IMG/VR virus record: IMGVR_UViG_3300005805_000116
Span: 1-53,239 of that record
Direction: 5' to 3' (one strand)
Length of the DNA stretch: 53,239 nt
Origin: a virus
Taxonomy: Duplodnaviria > Caudoviricetes
The position numbers and the translations under genes were made by a program. The notes below the pieces were generated by a model that was not told the DNA's origin, ran no database searches, and saw nothing but the letters and a program-made list of their open reading frames with translations. This document shows, in pieces, positions 7,976-17,171 of the stretch (position 1 is the stretch's first letter; the number at the start of each line of letters is the position of its first letter).

Positions 7976-9326
7976 TCTTGGTTCTCTTGATACTCTTGAG
8001 TTCTGCACTAGCCAGTGTTGAAATTACAGACGAGTCATAAAACTCTCTGAGTTGCTTCATCAGATGTGCGTTCTTTTCATCCTTTGCAAGTAAATCTATC
8101 TGCTCTACAAGCTCGTTGTATGTAGGGTGAAAATCTTCGCTGTATACACCTGGCTCATACTTGCTATCAAAATGCTCTTTGCTCAACTTTAGCTTACCGC
8201 CATATCGATACAGAGCATACTCTTTGATCTGCGATTCCATAGAATCAACGTCAGATTCATTACTCAAATGTCGCAAGTAAAGCTGGCTCGCGTACTTACT
8301 CTTAGAGCGTTTGAGGTTTGTTAGATCTTTCATCCAGATAGCTTCGTACAGAGGACCAATATCTGAAATTGACATCATGAAAATGAACTGCTCAACGTCA
8401 CAATTCTTAGGTGGGAAAAAGTTTGCCAGCGTAACATCAGACAGTCCTTGTCTGGCTTTCGCGGCTCTTTGTGCGAGAACATCATCTTTGATGTATGACT
8501 TAACAGTTAGGCTTGATGTATTTTTGTTGTACCAATACACCGCATCACGGCCAGCACCCTCTTCAAACTTCTTTATGTTGATCCAAAGAGCTTGTGTCTT
8601 GTTTTCTTCTAGAAGGCACATGTTACAGTGATCATCGGAAACTAAGGCACCAGTCTGATCTCTGAATGGGTAGACCTGAACAACATCAAACTGTTTCTTT
8701 GAATCAACTTCATACGAAGAGTAGTTTCTCACATCAACACCAAAGTTATCAGCAAGATGCTGTGCAACCTTGATTGTGAGCATTACATCAGATAGAGACT
8801 CATGGTCTTGTTCTTTCGAGAGAAGATCAAAAGACTTAGCCACAGATTCTAGTTTGAAAGATGGCTCTCCATTCTCTTTCTTGATCAGCTTCTCATAGAA
8901 CTCTGGATTTTCATTCGCAAGTTTCCTCACAACATGAATAACATCACCATACTTGATCGTGCCACAGAAGTATGGATTCAAACCGTTTCGTATCATGCTG
9001 GTTCTCAAATACGGAACATCGAACTTGTTTGAGTTGTAGCCAACTAAACGAACGTCATCCCATTCAACAATGTCTGAGATATATTTCTGTATCTTAGAAA
9101 GAGCTACTGGTTCTGTCGCATCAGCAGTCTTGTTGTGTTCTATGATATCGACTCTGTTCGCGCAGATTGCATAAGGATTTGGTAGTTGTAGTCTAGAAAC
9201 TTTTATCGTACCACGAAGACAAGAGCGAAGATTCCAAGACTCATCAATCTCAACAAATGCATAGTTGAGAATCTGACCGACAGTGTTCAAGTCGGTCGTT
9301 TCTAGATCAAAAAATATTGTCTTCAT
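7965..9326 (-). CDS. DEDDh 3'-5' exonuclease, exonuclease I (SbcB)-like N-terminal domain
   Basis: FFDLETT, VGYNSNKFD..YLR, SFKLE, HESLSDV. Confidence 0.78.
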   Translation of the reverse strand: MKTIFFDLETTDLNTVGQILNYAFVEIDESWNLRSCLRGTIKVSRLQLPNPYAICANRVDIIEHNKTADATEPVALSKIQKYISDIVEWDDVRLVGYNSNKFDVPYLRTSMIRNGLNPYFCGTIKYGDVIHVVRKLANENPEFYEKLIKKENGEPSFKLESVAKSFDLLSKEQDHESLSDVMLTIKVAQHLADNFGVDVRNYSSYEVDSKKQFDVVQVYPFRDQTGALVSDDHCNMCLLEENKTQALWINIKKFEEGAGRDAVYWYNKNTSSLTVKSYIKDDVLAQRAAKARQGLSDVTLANFFPPKNCDVEQFIFMMSISDIGPLYEAIWMKDLTNLKRSKSKYASQLYLRHLSNESDVDSMESQIKEYALYRYGGKLKLSKEHFDSKYEPGVYSEDFHPTYNELVEQIDLLAKDEKNAHLMKQLREFYDSSVISTLASAELKSIKRTKNVE

Positions 9327-9328
9327 AG

Positions 9329-10432
9329 TTACAATGCTCTGAGTAGAATGGTATCTTTATTGATGCGACCCGTCAACTTTTTTTCTTTTGTTCTAATAGA
9401 CGGCAAGATTTTCCTCAAAGCAACTTTTCCAGATTCAAGAACCGATGGCAAAACATCTTCTGGCTTTCTGAGTGTTTTTGCCAAAGACTCGGACTCATCG
9501 TAATTCAAAATTGTACATCCTTTCACGGTAAAGCCATGAGGATTGTTACACACATACACACCAAGAGTTTTGTACTTAACGTTGTACACCCAAAGTTGTG
9601 TGGCGCCGACGATTTGTGTTGGCGGAACGCTCTTCAAATTTTCATGCTGCTTGAGATACTGCAACTTCTCAACCTGTTTGAGCGGAGGCTTTGGCTTTCT
9701 CACCCTTGGCGCTCTGTTTGTTTTTGATATCTGTCGAGCAATATCGTTCCACTTCTCAGCATCAGATACAAACGATTCGATGAAACGTATAAAGCTAGAC
9801 AGATTCTTCTTAGACAAGAATGAGTAACCTTCACTAAGCTGATCACAATCACCACTCTGAGACTCACGAAGCTCTTTCAACACAACATTCTTGTAGTAAT
9901 CAGCAACACTCTTGGCGTGGTTGTGCTTAATCTTTTTTCTCTGTAGCCACTCATACAAAGAAAATGAGGATTTGCATCCAGATGAGAGAAACGTATCAAT
10001 CTCAGCATCAAGCTCCCCTAGTATCTCGCGGAGCTGGTTCTGTATGTTTTCTTGAATATTCGGCTTGGTTCTTTGCTCTTCTACTTTTGGCTGCTCGTCA
10101 TCTGAAATGACTTGAAGTATTCGATTAGTCTCATCTTTGATATTGCGAAGATACTTAACTGGAAACAAAGTCTCATTCAGAGAGTAGATCCTGCACAACC
10201 AACCGATTGTTGTTGGTATGGAGATGTTAGATGTTCTTGTTTTTAGTTTCTCAAAAACATCCATGTCATACTTCTTGAGATAACTGAGAAAGTAAGCTCT
10301 GGCATCGTCAGAATTTTTGTTGTAGCTATACCAATTTAGCATCCTGGTCAGATCGTGTTGTGAATCGGGCTGCGTGAGTACAGGCTCGTTTGCTTCTGCT
10401 TGAACACGGTTTCCAGATTTGGCTTTTCTCAT
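9329..10432 (-). CDS. Conserved T4-like phage hypothetical protein
   Basis: LNWYSY, QIVGATQLWVYN, KTLRKPE, GRIN pattern; own extended -10 (TGcTATACT, 10456-10464) and GGAG RBS. Confidence 0.65.
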   Translation of the reverse strand: MRKAKSGNRVQAEANEPVLTQPDSQHDLTRMLNWYSYNKNSDDARAYFLSYLKKYDMDVFEKLKTRTSNISIPTTIGWLCRIYSLNETLFPVKYLRNIKDETNRILQVISDDEQPKVEEQRTKPNIQENIQNQLREILGELDAEIDTFLSSGCKSSFSLYEWLQRKKIKHNHAKSVADYYKNVVLKELRESQSGDCDQLSEGYSFLSKKNLSSFIRFIESFVSDAEKWNDIARQISKTNRAPRVRKPKPPLKQVEKLQYLKQHENLKSVPPTQIVGATQLWVYNVKYKTLGVYVCNNPHGFTVKGCTILNYDESESLAKTLRKPEDVLPSVLESGKVALRKILPSIRTKEKKLTGRINKDTILLRAL

Positions 10433-10573
10433 GAAATTCTCCAGATGTTTCGAACAGTATAGCACAGCAGAAATATCAAAAAAAGCTGTTTTTTACGCGA
10501 ATAAAAACAACAACTTAGACTATGCAAAATCAATAGGAATGTAGCGATCTGAGTAGAGTCATAGTGCGAGTCA

Positions 10574-11116
10574 TTAGGATTTGTGGAAGGTATACTTTGC
10601 TATGTAATATGAGTCAACTATGTCTGAAATGGGACTCTGGCCTTCTGCACAACCAAAATGCTTGTGTAGCTCGAATCCAACTTCTTCGATGAAAGACTCA
10701 TACATCTTCAGTTTGTTTGCGTTACCCTTTCCCGTGGCAAACTTCTTTACTGTTGGTGGAGAAATGATACTAAAGTCTTCGAGCATTTTCTTCTTGAACA
10801 GCTTGTGTTTCAAAATCGCAGTGTTCTCTGCGATATCAAACACCACACCCTTTGCGGCAAATGCATAACCCTCAATCGATATCTTAGATGATTCTGGTAT
10901 ACAAGAAAGAGCCCATGATGCTATGCCATCGAAACGCTCTTCTTGTGTGAGAAAATCTTTGTGGGCTTGTCCACAGAATTGTGCGTCTCTGACTTGATAC
11001 TTCTTTTTACCAGTCAGAAAATAAAATTTACAGTTGTCAAATGACCATCTACTGCCTTGATGAACACAAATAGATGGACTCGACATTGAGTAGTCTATGC
11101 CCACTACAATGCTCAT
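10574..11116 (-). CDS. RuvC-like Holliday junction resolvase
   Basis: VVGIDYS, IEGYAF, PPTVKKFATGKGNANK, SDIVDS. Confidence 0.82.
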   Translation of the reverse strand: MSIVVGIDYSMSSPSICVHQGSRWSFDNCKFYFLTGKKKYQVRDAQFCGQAHKDFLTQEERFDGIASWALSCIPESSKISIEGYAFAAKGVVFDIAENTAILKHKLFKKKMLEDFSIISPPTVKKFATGKGNANKLKMYESFIEEVGFELHKHFGCAEGQSPISDIVDSYYIAKYTFHKS

Positions 11117-11337
11117 CCTTCATCATCTTCTTCATCAAAGTCGTCTTCTTCAGAAAAATATTCAGCATCATCAAAATCATCATACTCATCAAAGTCTTTT
11201 AGAAACGGCCTCTCATCAACCACAGTCACACCTTCACCACAGAAAGGACAACACTGAGGAGAATGTTTGCCTTTGTAAGTGATAGTGAATTTAAGATCAC
11301 ACTCGTAACACTCGACTTCTTTCTTGGCTTTCTTCAT
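11113..11337 (-). CDS. Zinc-ribbon protein with acidic tail
   Basis: CYEC...CPFCG followed by a D/E-rich C-terminus. Confidence 0.65.
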   Translation of the reverse strand: MKKAKKEVECYECDLKFTITYKGKHSPQCCPFCGEGVTVVDERPFLKDFDEYDDFDDAEYFSEEDDFDEEDDEG

Positions 11338-13268
11338 TATTGTATCTCACAAGATCCAGCAGAACACGCCAATTCTTTGGAAGAAGTGGTCGTGTCTTCT
11401 TTTTCATACTTCGACAATTTAGTCCAATCTACATCAGACGGCATACGAGAACATAACTCTTGGAATTGCTCACGAGTACATTCTTGATATGGTGCTTGCT
11501 TGTACACATGATCACTGAAAGGTAAGAATGATATTCCAGATATGTGATCGAAGTGCTTGTAAACATATGCGGCGACATCCAGCCACTCATTCTCTTTGAC
11601 TGAAATCGTTATGGAGACAGTGTGCTCTGCCCAATACTTCTTATAGAAAAGCCAAAGCTCAAGGTGCTGAATTGCAGTTAGTTCTTCTCGAAAAATTGCA
11701 TGAGACGGCGATCTAACAGGAAACGAAAAGACTGTTGTATGCTCTGGTTTTGTTACGTCTGTCTCATGTGGAAAGCCCATCTCTTTCATCAGAACACACA
11801 AAGGATCTTTGTTATCTGATCGCACGGTGCGTATGTAGTATTTCGAATGTCGTGGATGTATTCCGGAGGCGCTGTCTACTAGCTGTGATACTGTGCCAGA
11901 AGGCTTTACACACGTTATGGCGGCAGACTCTTGTATTCCGAGCAGCTTTGCCCACTTTCTATTTGTCTGCACAGCTTTGTCTTTCAGCTCTACCAGAAGC
12001 TCTTTAAGCTCATCGCTAGGCTTAGACAACAGCTCATTGTCTAGAATTCCAGTCAATGACACTCCGAGAAGTCGCTCTTCTTCCGCGTTCTTCTGCCACT
12101 CTTTCGTGAGATACCTGAAGTTTGTCAGCGTTGATTGTATAGTACCTAAAATTGTCGCATACTCAACTTTCTTGAGAAGCGATTCTCTTGTGTCGTTAGA
12201 ACGAACAACAACTTCAGAAAGATTACAGAATCCTCGATTGCGAAGTAGAATCTCGGCGCAAGGGTTTGTTCCTGCAATCTTAGACACATCTCTGCGCGGT
12301 TCTTTCTTAGAATTCTCTCCCAGATTTTCTGCCGTCTTTCTTGCAGCAGCGAGATTGAATATACCACGCTCGCCAGAACGGGACTCATAGAGAGATTTCC
12401 ACTCGTCCATGAAGATGCCAATGTCTGGTTTTTCAGTATAGCAAGCTGAGTTGTTTGCGAGTGCTCGATGTACGTTTTCTATCCACCACTGACCACTCTT
12501 CGCAGCTCTCATTCTGTCATCAGACAGATTACTAAGAGAGATGAGAGCAGATCGGCGAACGCCACCGACAACGATCACTTCTGCAATCTTACACACGATA
12601 TCATGACACTCTATAGACTGTAGTTTGCGGCCTGCGGCGTTCTTAAAAGTCTTTACACAAAACTCATAGAGAGCAACAAGTGGTTCAGGACCTGAAGCTC
12701 TACCACCAAACGTCTTAAGAGGTGTGCCAGAAGGTCTCACGCGAGACACATCAAGTTTTGGTATCTGTCCCTGATACAAAAGTCCTATAATCTCTTTGAG
12801 AGATTTTGCCCAACCTATGCGAGAGTCTTGAACAACAACAGTAGTGTCTGACTCATAAAACGATTCTGCTACAGTAGGCAAAAGAGACACATACTGCCTC
12901 TCTACAGAAAATCCCACGCCGGTTCCACATGAGAGAATATACAGAATCTCATCAAATGCTCTTGGATTGTCGATTGCTATGAAAGAACAATTATAGCCGG
13001 CGGCCTCGTCACGTTCGAGAGCAGGACCAGCAGTCATCAAACATCGCATTGAAGGCATTACATCTAGAGAAAGTATTGCATCTTTCAGCTCATCTTTTAT
13101 GCCAGGTTTGAGATTAAAATCACAGCGAGACTTTAGATGAGTCTCAAAAAACGAGAAGTATCGATTCACTGTCTCTTCCCACGTTTCTCTGCGGCCCTCT
13201 GAAGGAAGCCAGCGAGAATAGCGAGAAAGATGAATGAACTCTTGATACAGAGAAGGCAAATTTTTCAT
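11337..13268 (-). CDS. nrdJ: Class II (adenosylcobalamin-dependent) ribonucleotide reductase
   Basis: RETWEETV, YNCSF, GTGVGFS, VVGGVRRSALI, TNPCAEI, VKPSGTVSQL, C-terminal CSAGSC; no beta subunit adjacent. Confidence 0.92.
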   Translation of the reverse strand: MKNLPSLYQEFIHLSRYSRWLPSEGRRETWEETVNRYFSFFETHLKSRCDFNLKPGIKDELKDAILSLDVMPSMRCLMTAGPALERDEAAGYNCSFIAIDNPRAFDEILYILSCGTGVGFSVERQYVSLLPTVAESFYESDTTVVVQDSRIGWAKSLKEIIGLLYQGQIPKLDVSRVRPSGTPLKTFGGRASGPEPLVALYEFCVKTFKNAAGRKLQSIECHDIVCKIAEVIVVGGVRRSALISLSNLSDDRMRAAKSGQWWIENVHRALANNSACYTEKPDIGIFMDEWKSLYESRSGERGIFNLAAARKTAENLGENSKKEPRRDVSKIAGTNPCAEILLRNRGFCNLSEVVVRSNDTRESLLKKVEYATILGTIQSTLTNFRYLTKEWQKNAEEERLLGVSLTGILDNELLSKPSDELKELLVELKDKAVQTNRKWAKLLGIQESAAITCVKPSGTVSQLVDSASGIHPRHSKYYIRTVRSDNKDPLCVLMKEMGFPHETDVTKPEHTTVFSFPVRSPSHAIFREELTAIQHLELWLFYKKYWAEHTVSITISVKENEWLDVAAYVYKHFDHISGISFLPFSDHVYKQAPYQECTREQFQELCSRMPSDVDWTKLSKYEKEDTTTSSKELACSAGSCEIQ

Positions 13269-13297
13269 GAAAACCCCTATCGTTAAGACCTACAGTA

Positions 13298-13326
13298 AGT
13301 ATATCAAAGATGTGTCAAAGTAGCAA
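13298..13326 (-). promoter_or_regulatory. Sigma70-type promoter for nrdJ
   Basis: TTGCTA-N17-TATACT with TG extension. Confidence 0.6.
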
Positions 13327-13334
13327 AGGAGAAA

Positions 13335-14663
13335 TTAGTCTATTCTGACTCTAGGATTAGCTATCTTATAGCAGATTTTTTGACCAGAAATGTCAACAGT
13401 CAAATAGACATTAAATGGGTATGTCGTAGGAGACACAGAAGAGCGAAATAATGGTCGACCGTCGTGATATGGTCCTGAAGAACTATAGCTATCGACAACC
13501 TCTCCTGCATGAATAATCTGCACTGATGTTGCACCTCTTAAATCGTTTGATAATATCACTACACCACCCCTATCTCTAAATTCAGACTGTTTTAGCAATC
13601 GACCAGATTTTGCACCATCAGAAAAATTCGTTAGAACTTGAGAACAAGAAGATTCTACAGAAAGCTCGTCTTGTGAATATTCTGGTATTGCATACACTTT
13701 TCCAGAAGATTGAACGTTTGCAATATCAGCAAAGATGCTCCTGTAAACGTCAGTAGATATACTATGATTACGAGAGCGAGGGTCAACAAAACGAGATTGT
13801 CGTTCGTCGATTCCATTTCCTTCGGCAGACCACACATAGGCAACTTCACATCTGTTTGCAAAATCTTCTATTAGCTGAAACAATGGAGTGCCGCTCTGAA
13901 CCCAGTTTTTAGACTGACCCTCTCTGTGATTTCTCTCACCTAGAGCTGGGCGAAATGGATATGAAACATCAGTTCCGTCCATGTTGTACAAACAAGGCGG
14001 CGAAATATTAGGATATAAGCCATGTGCTTCTGCCAAGTCTGCTGCTGTTGGAGCTATTTGTGCGGCAGATGTTTCTAGAGGATTCCAAACAACTCTTGCG
14101 TTAGGAAAAACTTCTCTCGTCCATGCAACAAGAACGGCGCCCGCTTCGAGACTAACATTACTCTCAAGACCGGGATTAACAAAAAGTTCAGTTGATGAGT
14201 CTAGAGTGTTCAGTACAGGCAGCAAAGGCTGAACGTAGTCAACAAACTTCTGCTTCAGAGAAGGGTCTTGTGCTCTTAGTTTTGCATCATAATCGGCTAC
14301 ACTTCCCACGGAAGAAAGAAATTCATACGATCCTAGTCTTCCATTCCTATGACCAGGCTCATTGATCAAGTTCACTTCAAGAGTTTCTAGTCTACCATCT
14401 GCAATCAAATTTTCTAGACAAGAAAAATTGTTACCGAAAGTGTTGTAAAGAAATGCAACGTGAAGGTGCTCGACAACTTGAGATGCTTCTAGAAATCCCA
14501 CACAGTTGAATGAGTCTGCTGTGAGGTTAAATGCTGCGTAGCCGACATTTGTTAGACCAGAACTTCTATCTGGACCATCATTTGTATTTCCTGAAGAGTT
14601 GCCTCCAGAACCACACGAAACGAGTGAAATAAGGCACAGAAAGTATGACAATAGTTTTTTCAT
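13335..14663 (-). CDS. Putative lipoprotein (442 aa)
   Basis: MKKLLSYFLCLISLVS-C lipobox followed by GSGGNSSG linker; start reassigned to ATG 14663. Confidence 0.65.
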   Translation of the reverse strand: MKKLLSYFLCLISLVSCGSGGNSSGNTNDGPDRSSGLTNVGYAAFNLTADSFNCVGFLEASQVVEHLHVAFLYNTFGNNFSCLENLIADGRLETLEVNLINEPGHRNGRLGSYEFLSSVGSVADYDAKLRAQDPSLKQKFVDYVQPLLPVLNTLDSSTELFVNPGLESNVSLEAGAVLVAWTREVFPNARVVWNPLETSAAQIAPTAADLAEAHGLYPNISPPCLYNMDGTDVSYPFRPALGERNHREGQSKNWVQSGTPLFQLIEDFANRCEVAYVWSAEGNGIDERQSRFVDPRSRNHSISTDVYRSIFADIANVQSSGKVYAIPEYSQDELSVESSCSQVLTNFSDGAKSGRLLKQSEFRDRGGVVILSNDLRGATSVQIIHAGEVVDSYSSSGPYHDGRPLFRSSVSPTTYPFNVYLTVDISGQKICYKIANPRVRID

Positions 14664-14724
14664 ATAGACCATTAACGAAGACTCACTTCTATGTATATCA
14701 GAAAGTGAAATTAGGTGACGGAAT

Positions 14725-15738
14725 TTACACTTTTCTCCACTGTGTAAACTCAAGCTGGGCGCTCAATCCAGAAAAAGTTCTGTTGCTTATTGTTTCGACA
14801 AGTTCGTTTACTGGCAGTCCAGACAAGATCATGTCGTTGATATCTTTTTCCACGATAGAAGGTGGCCATATACAAACAGAACAGCCAGAAGATATTGCAT
14901 CACTCATGAGATTAACAATGTCTCTGTTTCGAGGCTCATTATCATAAACCAAAACTGCATTAACACGAGTCTTGAGCTTAGAAATGACAGAGCGAAGATC
15001 TGAGTTTGCGGCGGCGATACAGTTTGGCAAAAACAGACTATCGATGGGGCCCTCAACAACGTAAACAACATCTGTGTAATTGAGTTTGTCTAATCCATAC
15101 ACCAAGTCGGTATTGGAGCTGGCCCTAATTGTTATATAACGCAAGCTCGATTCTGCAAAAAGAGAGCGACCTTGAAGTCCTATAACACAATCATTCTCGT
15201 CAAAAAATGGTATGACAAGTCGAACATCATTCTTGCTAAGATTTGTATACTTGCCAGGAAACACATCATCAACCAGTGCAGCAAAATCTTCAGTAAAGAA
15301 CAGTCTTGAAAGTTGCTCTTTAGGTATCTTTCGGTTCAATACATACTGTTTAGCATAGTGCAGATCATCAAGCTCAGTCAATTTGACTGCGTGTTTGCTA
15401 GTGAGTGTTGAGAACTTGACTGCAACTAGCTTCGATACTGGCTCAGATGTTTTGTTATTCGTAACACCAGACTTATATTTCTCAAGCAAAAACTCATCAT
15501 AATATGCAGGAAAAAGCTGCTTGAGAAAATTAGCTACGCCCATACCAGCAGAACAGTTATGGCACTTGTAGTACATCGACTGTCCCTTCTGATAGAAGAA
15601 GCCTCTAGCTTTGCTTTTTTTCTTTTCGCTGTCTCCGCATATAGGACACGAGCAGTTATACAAAGAAGTCTTTTTCTTCTTGAAGTTTCTGAGATTAGGA
15701 CCGACGAGAGAAATATACTTAAGATCAATATGCAGCAT
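14725..15738 (-). CDS. 61: DNA primase (T4 gp61-like)
   Basis: CPICGDS..KARG..YKCHNC zinc finger; VVEGPIDSLF; YDNEPRN; KDINDM. Confidence 0.95.
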   Translation of the reverse strand: MLHIDLKYISLVGPNLRNFKKKKTSLYNCSCPICGDSEKKKSKARGFFYQKGQSMYYKCHNCSAGMGVANFLKQLFPAYYDEFLLEKYKSGVTNNKTSEPVSKLVAVKFSTLTSKHAVKLTELDDLHYAKQYVLNRKIPKEQLSRLFFTEDFAALVDDVFPGKYTNLSKNDVRLVIPFFDENDCVIGLQGRSLFAESSLRYITIRASSNTDLVYGLDKLNYTDVVYVVEGPIDSLFLPNCIAAANSDLRSVISKLKTRVNAVLVYDNEPRNRDIVNLMSDAISSGCSVCIWPPSIVEKDINDMILSGLPVNELVETISNRTFSGLSAQLEFTQWRKV

Positions 15739-15744
15739 GTCTAC

Positions 15745-15773
15745 AGTATATGATGGTCGAGAAAAGGGAACAA
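15745..15773 (-). promoter_or_regulatory. Sigma70-type promoter, 6 nt from primase ATG
   Basis: TTGTTC-N17-TATACT-gtagac-ATG. Confidence 0.65.
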
Positions 15774-15780
15774 GTATGGT

Positions 15781-16011
15781 TTACTTCTTCTCAGAAATAA
15801 TGTCAGTCAATGACTGAACCAAACGCTCAAGAGTTGACACCCTCTCTTTAAGAGAATCAAACTCTTTAGAAACTACACTCGGCAAAAGAGATCGCTTCGG
15901 TGCTGGTGCAACTTGAACAGGAACCGCTACAACAGCTACAGGTGTTGGTGCGGCGCTTGAGGACTCTTTAGTCTTACTCTTCTTAGTCTTTGGACTCTTT
16001 GCCTTTGCCAT
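15781..16011 (-). CDS. Hypothetical protein (basic N-terminus, Ala/Pro/Val linker, coiled coil)
   Basis: 76-aa ORF with GGAG RBS. Confidence 0.55.
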   Translation of the reverse strand: MAKAKSPKTKKSKTKESSSAAPTPVAVVAVPVQVAPAPKRSLLPSVVSKEFDSLKERVSTLERLVQSLTDIISEKK

Positions 16012-16342
16012 TTATGCTCTCCTCATAGTATCGTCTATACAGCTTAATGATCTTTTGCTGACCCTTTATGTATGCTTTCATCTTAGCAAGATTCAGGGCC
16101 ATCTTTTTGTAGTCTTGCATGGTGAGAGCAACAACTACGGGCTCTTTGCCGGAGCTATCTACACTCTCGAAGTATGCATCTGCGTTGTGTTTGTGAATGA
16201 CTTTGAACTTCACATCATCGAGACGAATAGCATCTGGGTTAGGTAGATTGAGAGGTGGTCGCTCAAGGCAAGGACCTTCTGTTTGTGCAAAACATCCAGA
16301 TAAGGAAAGTATACATGAAATGAGAAACACTCTACGATTCAT
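15983..16342 (-). CDS. Putative o-spanin (outer-membrane lipoprotein)
   Basis: MNRRVFLISCILSLSG-C lipobox, Pro-rich segment, C-terminal helix ending YYE; directly downstream of an i-spanin-like gene. Confidence 0.6.
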   Translation of the reverse strand: MNRRVFLISCILSLSGCFAQTEGPCLERPPLNLPNPDAIRLDDVKFKVIHKHNADAYFESVDSSGKEPVVVALTMQDYKKMALNLAKMKAYIKGQQKIIKLYRRYYEESINGKGKESKD

Positions 16343-16343
16343 A

Positions 16344-16775
16344 CTAACAGTCTCCACCCTGCGTCAATTTTTCTATACAGCGCAACTCTTTTTCAGTCGC
16401 CTTGTTGATCTTCTTTTCTATCAAAGTGGTCTTCTTCGTAGCAAGCTCTTCTAGAGGCTTCTTATCAAGGTTCTCTCTAAACAACTTCTCGCGCAACTCT
16501 TCAACTTCTGTCTGTGTTTGCTTTATCTCTTTTGCAAGCTCATCTTTAGCGTCAATGATCTTGTTGTAATCAGACTTGATGTTTTCGATAGCTTTCTTCT
16601 GTTGCTCGATAACAAGCTCAAGTTGCGCGTTCTCTCTAATAAGAGACTCGATTTTGTGGGAAGCATGTAAATGATAGATGTAGAAAGACAGTGCAAGCAA
16701 TACGAACGTACCCAGACCAACTAGAACTCTATTGTCCCACAACTTTTTCAAGAACAACAAAACGCTTGTGTTCAT
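16344..16775 (-). CDS. Putative i-spanin
   Basis: Single N-terminal TM followed by a long coiled coil with C-terminal cysteines. Confidence 0.6.
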   Translation of the reverse strand: MNTSVLLFLKKLWDNRVLVGLGTFVLLALSFYIYHLHASHKIESLIRENAQLELVIEQQKKAIENIKSDYNKIIDAKDELAKEIKQTQTEVEELREKLFRENLDKKPLEELATKKTTLIEKKINKATEKELRCIEKLTQGGDC

Positions 16776-16776
16776 C

Positions 16777-17166
16777 TCAACATCTCTTAATCATCCACTT
16801 GCCATCATACACGATGTTATAGTCGTTTCTGATCTCTCGTAATTTATACACTACCGCATCAACTTTTTCAAGTCCAAAGTTGTCTTGAATGTATATTTTT
16901 GTCTTGAGTGGTTCTGTCAATCCAGACTGAGCACCAACAAAGTATTCAAGCTCAAGTATCTGTTGTGTGTCATGAGCGAGCCAAATTTGTCCATACACTT
17001 TTCCAATTCCTATTGGTGTGTAGCCCGCATCGAAGCCGATGTCCCAAAGTGTTCCTGAAGTATAGCTCTCATGTTCCCAAGTGAGAAGCTCGAATCCAGG
17101 AAAGGGCTCGTCCTTCAGATTAAATGTGTTAACCTTCAAGTTGTTAAAAATGAAGAACGCCTGCAT
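16777..17166 (-). CDS. Divergent gamma-glutamylcyclotransferase (AIG2/GGACT)-like protein
   Basis: GTLWDIG..AG....G.VYGQIW pattern; canonical FVYGTL appears as FIFNNL. Confidence 0.5.
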   Translation of the reverse strand: MQAFFIFNNLKVNTFNLKDEPFPGFELLTWEHESYTSGTLWDIGFDAGYTPIGIGKVYGQIWLAHDTQQILELEYFVGAQSGLTEPLKTKIYIQDNFGLEKVDAVVYKLREIRNDYNIVYDGKWMIKRC

Positions 17167-17171
17167 GAGTT

